Source of the DNA: Paludibacteraceae bacterium
GTDB lineage: Bacteria > Bacteroidota > Bacteroidia > Bacteroidales > Paludibacteraceae
Direction of reading: 5' to 3'
Assembly: GCA_017509715.1 (NCBI GenBank)
Contig: JAFWOU010000029.1
Location: 127,838 to 191,837, forward strand
Length of the DNA: 64,000 nucleotides
A program made the translations under genes and the position numbers. Below the pieces are notes generated by a model that did no database searches, had not been told where the DNA came from, and saw only the letters and a program-made list of their open reading frames with translations. Positions 36,218 to 43,970 of the stretch are shown piece after piece (position 1 is the stretch's first letter; each line of letters opens with the position of its first letter).

Positions 36218-37315
36218 ATGAGAATATTAGAATATAAGGATATTGATCGAGCGGATTGGAGTAGGTTGGTTCAATCATCTGCCACTGGTACTTGGTTCCA
36301 ATCTCCGGAAGCATATGACTTCTTTGCATCCATGCCAGAGCTATTCAAGCCGTTTGCAATAGGAATTTGCAATTTGAAGCAATCGTTCCGTGAGGATAAG
36401 AAATTTGAAACCATAAATGCGCAAAGCACTTTGCGTGCTGTTTGTGTTGGGTACGTAACCGTAGAGAAGAATGCACTGAAACAGATGCTGACTCGTCGAG
36501 CGATTATCATCGGAGGACCATGTCTAGCGGATGATTGTACGGATGAAGAAGTAAATGCGTTGCTTTGTGCGTTAAAAAGCACCCTCCTTTCAGGGAGGGA
36601 TGGGGTAGGCTTTCGTCCTATTTACATCGAATCGCGCAACTTCAACGACTATAGCCGGTGGAAAGAGGCGTTTGCAAAAGCGGGATTTGAGTATATGCCT
36701 CACCTCAACTTCCATGTGGATACGAGCAGCGTGGAGGTAGTGGAGAGTAATCTCGGGAAGAGTCGAAAGCGCGACATCCGTACATCCTTGCGCGATGGAG
36801 CGACGATCATTGAGCAACCGACGTTGGAGCAAGTGCGGGAATATTATGCGATTCTGGAGCACTTGTACAAAACACGTGTGAAGACTCCGCTGTTCCCGTT
36901 GTCATTCTTTGAAAAACTATGGCAGCATAAAGATGGACGGTTCATTCTTGTAGCGCTGAACGATGAGATCATAGGTGGAACCGTTTGCGTTGTGTTCAAC
37001 AGAGATAAATTTGAACCCACAACACGCCCGAGTGTTGTGTATGAGTGGTTTGTGTGCGGACGTGACGGAGAATGGAAGTCAATCTTTCCGTCTTCGTTGG
37101 CTACCTATGCCGGAATCAAGTATGCTGCAGAACATGGGTGCGCGAGGTTTGATATGATGGGAGCCGGTAAGCCGGATGAGGCGTATGGAGTACGGGACTT
37201 CAAAGCACGATTTGGGGGCAAAGAAGTCGAGCATGGAAGGTTCTTGTGCATCACGAAGCCGGTGCTTTATCAAATAGGTGTATTAGGCGTTAAGATACTT
37301 AAGAGTATCAAATGA
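36218..37315 (+). CDS. FemAB-like / GNAT-fold aminoacyl (peptidyl) transferase
   Basis: Its N-terminus is MRILEYKDIDRADWSRLVQSS..GTWFQSPEAYDFF. The 365-aa two-lobe size is typical of FemAB-family proteins found in polysaccharide loci. Confidence 0.5.
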   Translation: MRILEYKDIDRADWSRLVQSSATGTWFQSPEAYDFFASMPELFKPFAIGICNLKQSFREDKKFETINAQSTLRAVCVGYVTVEKNALKQMLTRRAIIIGGPCLADDCTDEEVNALLCALKSTLLSGRDGVGFRPIYIESRNFNDYSRWKEAFAKAGFEYMPHLNFHVDTSSVEVVESNLGKSRKRDIRTSLRDGATIIEQPTLEQVREYYAILEHLYKTRVKTPLFPLSFFEKLWQHKDGRFILVALNDEIIGGTVCVVFNRDKFEPTTRPSVVYEWFVCGRDGEWKSIFPSSLATYAGIKYAAEHGCARFDMMGAGKPDEAYGVRDFKARFGGKEVEHGRFLCITKPVLYQIGVLGVKILKSIK

Positions 37316-37346
37316 TTTAGGATTTCAAAATTCAAAATTCAAATTT

Positions 37347-37706
37347 ATGACGAAGGATGAATTAATGGATAAGTGTGTTGAGTTCTCGATTAAGATAAAT
37401 AAGTTGCGTAAGTACTTAAGAGAGAAGCAGCACGAATACAATAATTCCGACCAAATTCAGCGTTCTGGAACAAGCATTGGAGCGAACTATAGTGAAGCTT
37501 GTAATGCGGTAAGTATGGCTGATTTTGTAAATAAGTTGGCTATTGCTCAGAAAGAAGCCCATGAAACAATTTATTGGTTGCGAGTATTGTACGGATCGGA
37601 GTTAATCTCAAAAGAGCAGTACGATGATCTTATGGCTGACGTACAAAGCCTACATAAGATTCTTTCTGCAAGCGTTGCTACTCTCAAAAACAATGAGAAC
37701 AAATAA
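37347..37706 (+). CDS. four-helix-bundle protein (23S rRNA intervening-sequence protein family)
   Basis: It has QIQRSGTSIGANYSEA...KLAIAQKEAHETIYWLRVL, the hallmark of this ~120-aa family. Confidence 0.75.
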   Translation: MTKDELMDKCVEFSIKINKLRKYLREKQHEYNNSDQIQRSGTSIGANYSEACNAVSMADFVNKLAIAQKEAHETIYWLRVLYGSELISKEQYDDLMADVQSLHKILSASVATLKNNENK

Positions 37707-37768
37707 ACTTGAAATTATAAATTTGAAATATTAAATTTGAAACTTGAAATTTTAAATTTGAAATAATT
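37707..37768. repeat. AT-rich tandem repeats (AAATTTGAAA units), inverted relative to 37321-37346
   Basis: The downstream tract is aacttgaaattataaatttgaaatattaaatttgaaacttgaaattttaaatttgaaat. The upstream tract is gatttcaaaattcaaaattcaaattt. Together they bracket the four-helix-bundle gene. Confidence 0.7.
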
Positions 37769-37771
37769 AAT

Positions 37772-38806
37772 ATGAATATTTGGATAGATATAAATCATAT
37801 TCCGCAATGGAACTTCTATAAGCCGCTGGTGGAGACGGTAACGAGGAAGGGACACCGCGTGTGGCTGACTGTGCTCGATAGAGGGAAGTTGGCGAAGATT
37901 GTGAAACGTGAGACGGAGCAGTTGGCGCATGTGCAAGTGGATATAGTAGGCAGACACCGAATGACCAAATGGTCTGCAATTCTGGAAGCGAATATACTGA
38001 GAGACTTGCAGTTATTGCATTGGATTCGGGGAAAGAAAATAGATGTCGGTTTCTCGAACGGGATGCAGTTAGCGATGGTGTGTGGGTTGAAAGGGATACC
38101 GAACTACTCGTTTGATGATGATCCGCAGACACGCGACAGGAAATGGAAGGAGAAATGGAACACGGAGTGTAACTTCTGCATATATGAGGACGAGACGATA
38201 GGAGCACCGTCGCATGTGTTGCGGTGCACGAAAGAATGGGCGTATCTCAATCCTCGGACTTTCGTTCCGAAGGTGGAGGTATTAGAGAAATATGGGGTGA
38301 AGCCAAAGGAATACATCTTCTTGCGCGAGGTGAGTGTCGGGACAATCAACTATGCCGGACAAGCAAGCGGGGCTATATTGGGAATAAAGGATATGATACC
38401 CACGGACATGCGGGTGCTCTTTTCGCTGGAGGAGAAGAAACGTCGAGACGAATATCCGGCGGATTGGATTCTGCTGCAGGAACCCATCGAAGACATTCAT
38501 AGTCTCATCTATTACTCTGCTGGACTTGTCTCTTCCGGAGACTCGATGGCACGCGAAGCCGCGCTATTAGGCGTACCGTCGTACTATCTCGGCATACGGT
38601 ACTCGATGCCGGCTAATGCTGCGGCGAGCAAGGTGGCGAGTTTGCAGAATCAGCGGACGATGGGGTTTGAGGAGTGGATTGGTTCGCTGCCCACTGATCA
38701 GGCAGAGTGTGCTAAAAAGCAAGATGCACTACGGAAGCATATTGATAGTGAGTTTATTGATATCAATGCTTATATGCTTGCCCTCGTCGAGAATATTGAA
38801 AATTAG
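37772..38806 (+). CDS. DUF354 protein (predicted GT-B-like enzyme), full length
   Basis: It has MNIWIDINHIPQWNFYKPLVETVTRKGHRVWLTV and a C-terminal SGDSMAREAALLGVPS. It is 344 aa. Confidence 0.65.
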   Translation: MNIWIDINHIPQWNFYKPLVETVTRKGHRVWLTVLDRGKLAKIVKRETEQLAHVQVDIVGRHRMTKWSAILEANILRDLQLLHWIRGKKIDVGFSNGMQLAMVCGLKGIPNYSFDDDPQTRDRKWKEKWNTECNFCIYEDETIGAPSHVLRCTKEWAYLNPRTFVPKVEVLEKYGVKPKEYIFLREVSVGTINYAGQASGAILGIKDMIPTDMRVLFSLEEKKRRDEYPADWILLQEPIEDIHSLIYYSAGLVSSGDSMAREAALLGVPSYYLGIRYSMPANAAASKVASLQNQRTMGFEEWIGSLPTDQAECAKKQDALRKHIDSEFIDINAYMLALVENIEN

Positions 38807-38830
38807 GGAGTAGTAAAAATCGCAATCTCC

Positions 38831-39327
38831 GCTTATCCCTTTTTGGCGTATTTTGTTTTGTATGTTCTCTTAAAGGAACAAGCCTCCCTCCAGCTTGTTC
38901 CTTTAATTACATTGTTGTTTTCATTTATCTCTTAAAGGTACAAGCTATGCCAACATTTATACTCCATGCTTGTACCTTTTAATATATTATGTAATCTTAA
39001 TTTCTCTTAAGGGTACAAGCTTCATCCCTAGTTGCAGTACTGGCTTGTTCCTTTAGTGTGGTAATTTTTCTACAATTTCCCTTAAAGGTACAAGCTATCT
39101 CTCTTGCTTGCTCCTCTACATCGTAGTAGAGTAGGCTTGTACCCTTAGTGCTTTTTATCTATTTATTAGTTCCTTAAGGGTACAAGTCAACACCTCTCCC
39201 CCCTTTGGCATGCTCTTTTAAGTATATATAATCATTTTATTTGTATGTATAGTGGGGTACAAGCTGAAATACCCCCTGGCTTGTACCCTTAAGGCAAAAA
39301 AAATCACAAGCTTGTACCTTTTTATGG
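38831..39327. repeat. array of about 6 inverted-repeat units with conserved arms (CTTAARGGTACAAGC / GCTTGTWCCTTTAA) and variable loops
   Basis: Arm pairs lie at 38870/38892, 38930/38968, 39006/39042, 39081/39134, 39173/39207 and 39254/39278, plus 39309. Loops range from about 8 to 40 nt and are unrelated in sequence. Confidence 0.8.
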
Positions 39328-39334
39328 CCTAAAA

Positions 39335-39366
39335 CTTGCACAAGTCGAAAAAAAATTGTACCTTTG
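39335..39366 (+). promoter_or_regulatory. Bacteroides-type promoter: CTTG-N20-TAccTTTG
   Basis: cttg lies at 39335-39338 and TACCTTTG at 39359-39366. The ATG at 39390 follows. Confidence 0.6.
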
Positions 39367-39389
39367 CAGTCGCAAAGGAATTTAGAACT

Positions 39390-40046
39390 ATGGCAAAAGA
39401 CAAACGTGTACATCAACCATTGAAGAAAGTGCGGATCACAGCCGTTCGGCAGACGGTATATCCGGACCTGATGGCTCAATACGAGAACCTCATTGAACAT
39501 GCGTGTACTATTCACGAAGGGCAAGAGTGGGTGTCGATCGACGCACAATGTCCGGAAGGCTTATGTGCCGCTGCGTGGGCATCGATGCGGGAGTTCGTGG
39601 TGGCTTTGGCGCATGGCAAGGGCAACTTCTATGACGGGTGGATGAAGAATCCGATGAGCGCGATGATCAGTTGCAACGATGGATTCCGGCCGTTTAGTTT
39701 TTATGTTGAGGCAATCGACGAACCAGCTGAGGAACCTAATGTGATTGTTGAGGAGCCAAGGAACAAACGGTTGCGTGGAGATGGTGCTGTGGATGAGCGT
39801 GTGAAGATGTTGGTGCGTGTGATCGGGAAGGCTGTGCTGCCGCGACGACAACTGGTGGCTGACTTGCAACTGCGGCAGAAGAGTAGGCGAACGTTTATTG
39901 ATCATTACCTCAAACCGGCATGTGACATGGGATTGATTGCTTTTGCGTACCCAAACTCTCCCACCAAACCCGAACAGGCCTACAAGCTGACGCAGAAAGG
40001 CTTGGAACTGTTGGCAACGCTAAATGGTGAGGATATGGAGACATAG
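39390..40046 (+). CDS. fusion protein: TIGR04076-like Cys-rich domain plus C-terminal winged-helix domain
   Basis: The N-terminal part is VRITAVRQTVYPDL...CPEGLCAAAW...ISCNDGFRPFSFYVE. The C-terminal part is RRQLVADL...FIDHYLKPACDMGLIAFAYPNSPTKPEQAYKLTQKG, paralogous to the 42053..42316 product. Confidence 0.55.
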   Translation: MAKDKRVHQPLKKVRITAVRQTVYPDLMAQYENLIEHACTIHEGQEWVSIDAQCPEGLCAAAWASMREFVVALAHGKGNFYDGWMKNPMSAMISCNDGFRPFSFYVEAIDEPAEEPNVIVEEPRNKRLRGDGAVDERVKMLVRVIGKAVLPRRQLVADLQLRQKSRRTFIDHYLKPACDMGLIAFAYPNSPTKPEQAYKLTQKGLELLATLNGEDMET

Positions 40047-40114
40047 ACTGTAGAGTAATTCTAAGCAAAATAATTGTTTATTGCTGCAAAAATCATTTTT
40101 TGAGCAAAAAGATT

Positions 40115-40145
40115 GACATAAATTTGCATATGTCGATTTTTTTTT
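40115..40145 (+). terminator. terminator-like hairpin plus T9 (overlaps the next promoter)
   Basis: The hairpin is gacata-aatttgca-tatgtc, followed by nine T. It lies 69 nt after the 40046 stop. Confidence 0.4.
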
Positions 40146-40154
40146 GTACCTTTG
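40123..40154 (+). promoter_or_regulatory. Bacteroides-type promoter: TTTG-N20-TAccTTTG
   Basis: TTTG lies at 40123-40126 and TACCTTTG at 40147-40154. Confidence 0.6.
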
Positions 40155-40208
40155 CACCGCAAAGGTAAATGAATATAAATATTAGTTGAATTTAATAGAA
40201 AAAGATAT

Positions 40209-41600
40209 ATGAAAATCTCTATTTTTGGTTTAGGTTATGTAGGCTGTGTGGGTGCAGCATGTTTAGCCAAGTTAGGCCACACCGTGATTGGCGTGGATGT
40301 CAATCAGAAAAAAGTGCGATTGATTAACGAGGGTAAGCCGACCATCATCGAGGAAGGGATAGCCGAGTTATGCGCTGAAGCACATGCGAAAGGGTTGATG
40401 TCGGCTACTATGGACGTTCGTGAGGCTGTTCATGCTACTGACGTTTCCTTCATTGTGGTCGGTACACCTTCATCTAAAGAGGGACACCTTAACCTCAATT
40501 ACATTTACAAAGTGGCGGAGCAGATTGGTGCTGCTTTGAGCGACAAACCGGCTAACAAAGACGGATTGCGCCATATCATTGCGATTCGATCGACGGTGCT
40601 GCCGGGGACGAATGAGAAAGTGGGGGAGATCATAGCTCAGTCGAGTGGGTTGGTACGAGGGAAGGACTTTACCATCGTCAGCAATCCGGAGTTCCTGCGG
40701 GAAGGGACGTCGGTGAAAGATTATTTTAACCCGCCTTTGACGTTGGTGGGCACCGACATGCCGGAAGCAGAGGCTGTGTTCCGGGAGATATACAAAGGCA
40801 TTGAGGCGGAGTTCATCTGCACCGATATCCGCGTGGCTGAGATGATGAAATACGTGAATAACACCTATCACGCGCTGAAGATTGTGTTCGGCAACGAGGT
40901 GGGAAACATCTGCAAAGAGCTCAACATCGACAGCCACAAAGTGATGGAGATATTCTGCAAAGACAAGCAACTCAATATCAGTCCGTATTATTTCAAACCC
41001 GGTTTTGCGTATGGTGGTTCGTGCTTGCCAAAAGATATGAAGGCACTCAAGACCCTGGCGCATGATCATTATGTAGAAGTACCGGTGATTGAAGCAATTG
41101 GCGAGTCGAACGAGTTGCAGAAACGTCATGCAGTGCAGTTGATCATGGCGCAAGGACAGCGCAAAGTGGGTATTTTGGGCCTGTCGTTTAAGTCGGGAAC
41201 GGACGACCTGCGTTGTTCGCCGATTGTGGATGTGGTGGAGAGTCTGCTGGGCAAGGGATTCGAGATCCGGATTTACGATAAGAACGTGAAAGTGAGTGAG
41301 TTAACCGGCACGAACAAGGATTTTATCATGGCGAAGATACCGCACTTGCAGCATTTTGTGACGGACGACCTGGAGGCTGTGTGCCGTGAGAGCGATGTGC
41401 TGGTGGTGACGAATAAAGAGAAAGAGTTCGCCGAACTGCTGGCTCGCTACCCCAATAAAACGGTAGTGGATCTTGTTCGTCAGTGGAAAGAGGTGGATTA
41501 TGAAGGTCATTACGAAGGCCTTTCGTGGGGCGATATCAACACCAACCGCACAGGTCAAGAAACCACTATAGCACAGGATTTCCGGCAGACGGAGTTCTGA
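40209..41600 (+). CDS. nucleotide-sugar 6-dehydrogenase (UDP-glucose/GDP-mannose dehydrogenase family, AlgD-like N-terminus)
   Basis: It has MKISIFGLGYVGCVGAACLAKLGHTVIGVDV and a catalytic Cys context FAYGGSCLPKD. Confidence 0.8.
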   Translation: MKISIFGLGYVGCVGAACLAKLGHTVIGVDVNQKKVRLINEGKPTIIEEGIAELCAEAHAKGLMSATMDVREAVHATDVSFIVVGTPSSKEGHLNLNYIYKVAEQIGAALSDKPANKDGLRHIIAIRSTVLPGTNEKVGEIIAQSSGLVRGKDFTIVSNPEFLREGTSVKDYFNPPLTLVGTDMPEAEAVFREIYKGIEAEFICTDIRVAEMMKYVNNTYHALKIVFGNEVGNICKELNIDSHKVMEIFCKDKQLNISPYYFKPGFAYGGSCLPKDMKALKTLAHDHYVEVPVIEAIGESNELQKRHAVQLIMAQGQRKVGILGLSFKSGTDDLRCSPIVDVVESLLGKGFEIRIYDKNVKVSELTGTNKDFIMAKIPHLQHFVTDDLEAVCRESDVLVVTNKEKEFAELLARYPNKTVVDLVRQWKEVDYEGHYEGLSWGDINTNRTGQETTIAQDFRQTEF

Positions 41601-41729
41601 TCTCGTCAAAAGGTGTTGTCCGATAAAATCGACTGTGCTAAATTCTTGACCTATTTTATCGAATCCTACCCACAATCTGTAGATGCTGTCCGCACGGCAG
41701 ATATGAGTTTTGGGGAGAAATTTAAGTAG
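41601..41729 (+). pseudogene. DUF354 3'-end remnant #1 (42 codons)
   Basis: It translates to SRQKVLSDKIDCAKFLTYFIESYPQSVDAVRTADMSFGEKFK*. This aligns with the end of the 42445..43200 ORF (SRREKMLSDIIDCAKFLTYFIEQYP...FWERFK*). It abuts the dehydrogenase stop codon. Confidence 0.7.
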
Positions 41730-41795
41730 GGTAGGTATTGGACTAATTTTTGAGTTGCTAACATTAAGACTTGTTACCACCCAACACCACCACCC

Positions 41796-42053
41796 AGCCT
41801 GGCCCTTTTTTGAGGAGATTTATATTTGAGTAGAGTTAATACATGGCCTGGTCCTTTTTTGGGGGGTAAGTTATCCAGTAGTAGTTATATATAGCTTGGA
41901 TGTTTTTGAACTAGTCTCCTTCCATGGCTTGGATCTTTTTGAACCTCCCCATCGCGTCCAGCCAATAGAGTAGGTCTCTCCCCAAAACAAAAAACACCCA
42001 TGCCACTCATAGCTTGGATGCTTTTGAATTATTGGCTTGGATGTTTTTGAACC
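41796..42053. repeat. array of direct repeats GCYTGGNYSTTTTTGRR (6 copies; 2 more at 42333-42366)
   Basis: The copies are agcctggcccttttttgagg 41796, ggcctggtccttttttgggg 41845, agcttggatgtttttgaac 41893, ggcttggatctttttgaacc 41926, agcttggatgcttttgaat 42011 and ggcttggatgtttttgaacc 42034. Confidence 0.8.
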
Positions 42054-42316
42054 TAATCTTCCTGTTGGTTCTGTGCCTCAAACTCCTTCAAATGTTTCAT
42101 CCCCTTCTCCGTTACAAAATACGCTTGCTCCGGTTTGTTCGGTGTCTCTACATACAAGAACCGCACATAACCCATCTCCATGGCCGGATTCAGGTAATGC
42201 AACCGAAAATTGCGACGATTATTCAGATGCATATCTCCCTGGATCTGCCTCCGTGTCTTCGTCTCATCACCGATGCTCTGCAACAGCGCCTCAATCTTAT
42301 TATGCCTTACATTCAT
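42053..42316 (-). CDS. small winged-helix protein (paralogue of the C-terminal domain of 39390..40046)
   Basis: 87 aa, with RRQIQGDMHLNNRRNFRLHYLNPAMEMGYVRFLYVETPNKPEQAYFVTEKG. Its own promoter lies at 42373-42404. Confidence 0.55.
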   Translation of the reverse strand: MNVRHNKIEALLQSIGDETKTRRQIQGDMHLNNRRNFRLHYLNPAMEMGYVRFLYVETPNKPEQAYFVTEKGMKHLKEFEAQNQQED

Positions 42317-42372
42317 ATCTCCCTCCTTCCTTGACTTGGATCATTTTGCTTGGATGTTTTTGAAATCCGCTG

Positions 42373-42404
42373 CAAAGATACAACAATTTTCTGACATACA
42401 CAAA
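42373..42404 (-). promoter_or_regulatory. Bacteroides-type promoter (minus strand): TTTG-N20-TAtcTTTG
   Basis: Plus-strand caaagata lies at 42373-42380 and caaa at 42401-42404, 20 nt apart. Confidence 0.6.
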
Positions 42405-42444
42405 TTTGAGGACTACAAAGTAGCGTTTCGATATACCTTTTTGA

Positions 42445-43200
42445 CAATTTCCATTGTATCACGAACTGGCATACCTCCATCCGAATCATTTTACACCCGA
42501 TCCGAAGATTGTCGAAGCATATGGCATCGATACATCCAAACCCTATTTCGTCATGCGCTTCGCTTCCCTCAATGCCCACCACGACTCCGGCATCAAAGGC
42601 ATCAACACGGAGATTGCGCAGAGGCTGATTGATATTCTTGAGAACTCAGGTTCAGCTTGTTCCCTTTCTACCTCTTCGGGGAACAAGCCTCGCATATACA
42701 TTACTTCCGAACGTCCGTTGGAACCGCAGTTTGAGCAATATCGTATTAAGATCAACCCTCTCGACATGCACCACGTAATGGCGTTTGCATCGCTCTACAT
42801 TGGTGATAGCCAGACCATGGCTGCCGAAGCCGGAGTCTTAGGCGTTCCCTTCGTCCGCTTCAACGACTTCGTTGGCCGCATCGGCTATCTCCGCGAACTG
42901 GAAGATGTCTATGAACTCGGTTACGGAATCCATGCCACTCCATTGGCTTCCGATAGTCCGATCCGTCGCAACGATGGTTCCCTCCAACCGAGTGGAGTAG
43001 AAGAGCTCTACAAGCGCGTTGAGCAGCTGGTCGCTATGCCATCCGATGAACGCCGTGCCTCTTTCCAATCCCGCAGGGAGAAGATGCTCAGCGACATAAT
43101 CGATTGTGCAAAATTCTTGACCTATTTCATCGAACAATATCCCTCCTCTGCCTCAGAAGTTAAAAATGCCACCCCTGATTTCTGGGAAAGATTTAAATAG
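42445..43200 (+). pseudogene. DUF354 gene lacking about 150 N-terminal codons (3'-end copy #2)
   Basis: The frame opens just after a stop at 42442. LYHELAYLHPNHFTPDPKIVEAYGI aligns with residue ~153 onward of the 37772..38806 protein (TKEWAYLNPRTFVPKVEVLEKYGV). There is no ATG or promoter in front; the only start is TTG. Confidence 0.6.
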
Positions 43201-43223
43201 CTTGTTCCCTTTTGGGGGTACTT

Positions 43224-43394
43224 GTTCCTTTTTGGAGTACTTGTTCCCTTTTGGCTTGTACCCTTAAGGAATTAATTAAAAACTTAAAAACGCTAAAAGG
43301 TACAAGCTAACATAGTCACCATTGGCTTGTTCCTTTAAGGAGCATTAAAATAATAAATAATAATTAAAAGGTACATGCTGATGGCACGGAAAAT
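43224..43394. repeat. direct repeat A (~170 bp), partner at 46148-46313
   Basis: The two copies are near-identical apart from one 6-nt indel. They contain GCTTGTACCCTTAAGG / AAAAGGTACAAGC motifs. Confidence 0.9.
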
Positions 43395-43412
43395 GTAGGA
43401 GAAAGAGTAGGG

Positions 43413-43474
43413 AATGGCGGTGCAAAACGAGCAATGGCGGTGATAAAAGAGTAAAATGGCGGTGTAAAACCGAT
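43413..43474. repeat. tandem repeat x3 (AATGGCGGTG-N10-12)
   Basis: The three units are aatggcggtgcaaaacgagc, aatggcggtgataaaagagtaa and aatggcggtgtaaaaccgat. Confidence 0.8.
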
Positions 43475-43595
43475 AAAGATACAGACATGGCATCAGAACT
43501 TAAAAAGAAGTTAAAGGAAAACGACACAAAAAACCTGGGAAGAAAACAATCGAAAACATTCTATCTAGGTAACCAAAAAATTATAAAAAAAATAA

Positions 43596-43747
43596 CGCTA
43601 TGGACGAATGAAAGGATATGAACGTGCCGTTCCTGAGGCTACTTGCTTATTAGCTTACTTGAAAATAAATTTTCAGATAACCTACTAATCAACTACCCTC
43701 AATAACATAAATGTTATTTAATATCCCTTTCCATTCAACCCATAGCG
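43596..43747 (+). ncRNA. conserved hairpin element, copy 5 (longer, divergent)
   Basis: The terminal stem is cgctatgg / ccatagcg, extended by gaatgaaaggatat / atatccctttccattc. The internal hairpin is aataacat-aa-atgttatt. The core gcttacttgaaaataaattttcagataacctac matches the other copies. Confidence 0.3.
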
Positions 43748-43836
43748 GCAAAAATACAAAAAATACAAATATAGTTTTCTTGGTTAGCCCCCAATGGCCA
43801 GTATTACCAACAAAAGTAAAATATTTAGAAAAAAGT

Positions 43837-43869
43837 CTCACATAAATTTGTATATGTGAGATTTTTTTT
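43837..43869 (+). terminator. terminator-like hairpin plus T8 (overlaps a promoter)
   Basis: The hairpin is ctcacata-aatttg-tatgtgag, followed by eight T. Confidence 0.45.
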
Positions 43870-43878
43870 GTAATTTTG
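43847..43878 (+). promoter_or_regulatory. Bacteroides-type promoter: TTTG-N20-TAatTTTG
   Basis: TTTG at 43847-43850 sits in the hairpin loop. TAATTTTG lies at 43871-43878. Confidence 0.6.
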
Positions 43879-43970
43879 CAATCGCAAAATTAGTTGACTG
43901 ACTTTGGTCAGGTGGGGTACAAATTGTACCCCTACTGAAAATGTAAAATATATTAAAGACACCGGATATT

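Noticed and set aside
13232-38806. Calling the polysaccharide locus incomplete or defective, because no Wzx, Wzy, Wza/Wzc, initiating transferase or UpxY/UpxZ is recognisable.
   Set aside because: The locus appears to be split by the 25 kb accretion zone, and the window ends inside wecB. The missing functions may lie beyond 64 kb or elsewhere. Absence within the window is noted but not treated as evidence of a defect.
38831-39327. Possible CRISPR array, because of regularly spaced conserved ~15-nt units with variable intervening sequence.
   Set aside because: The conserved units alternate in orientation, so they are inverted pairs forming hairpins. Unit spacing is irregular (60-90 bp), the variable parts are only 8-40 nt, and no cas genes are in the window. 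It is reported instead as a hairpin or palindrome array.
42014-42632. Plus-strand ORFs 42014..42334, 42037..42363 and 42210..42632.
   Set aside because: They run through the GCTTGGATG repeat array and lie antisense to the promoter-equipped wHTH gene. No motifs were recognised, and the start codons fall inside repeats.
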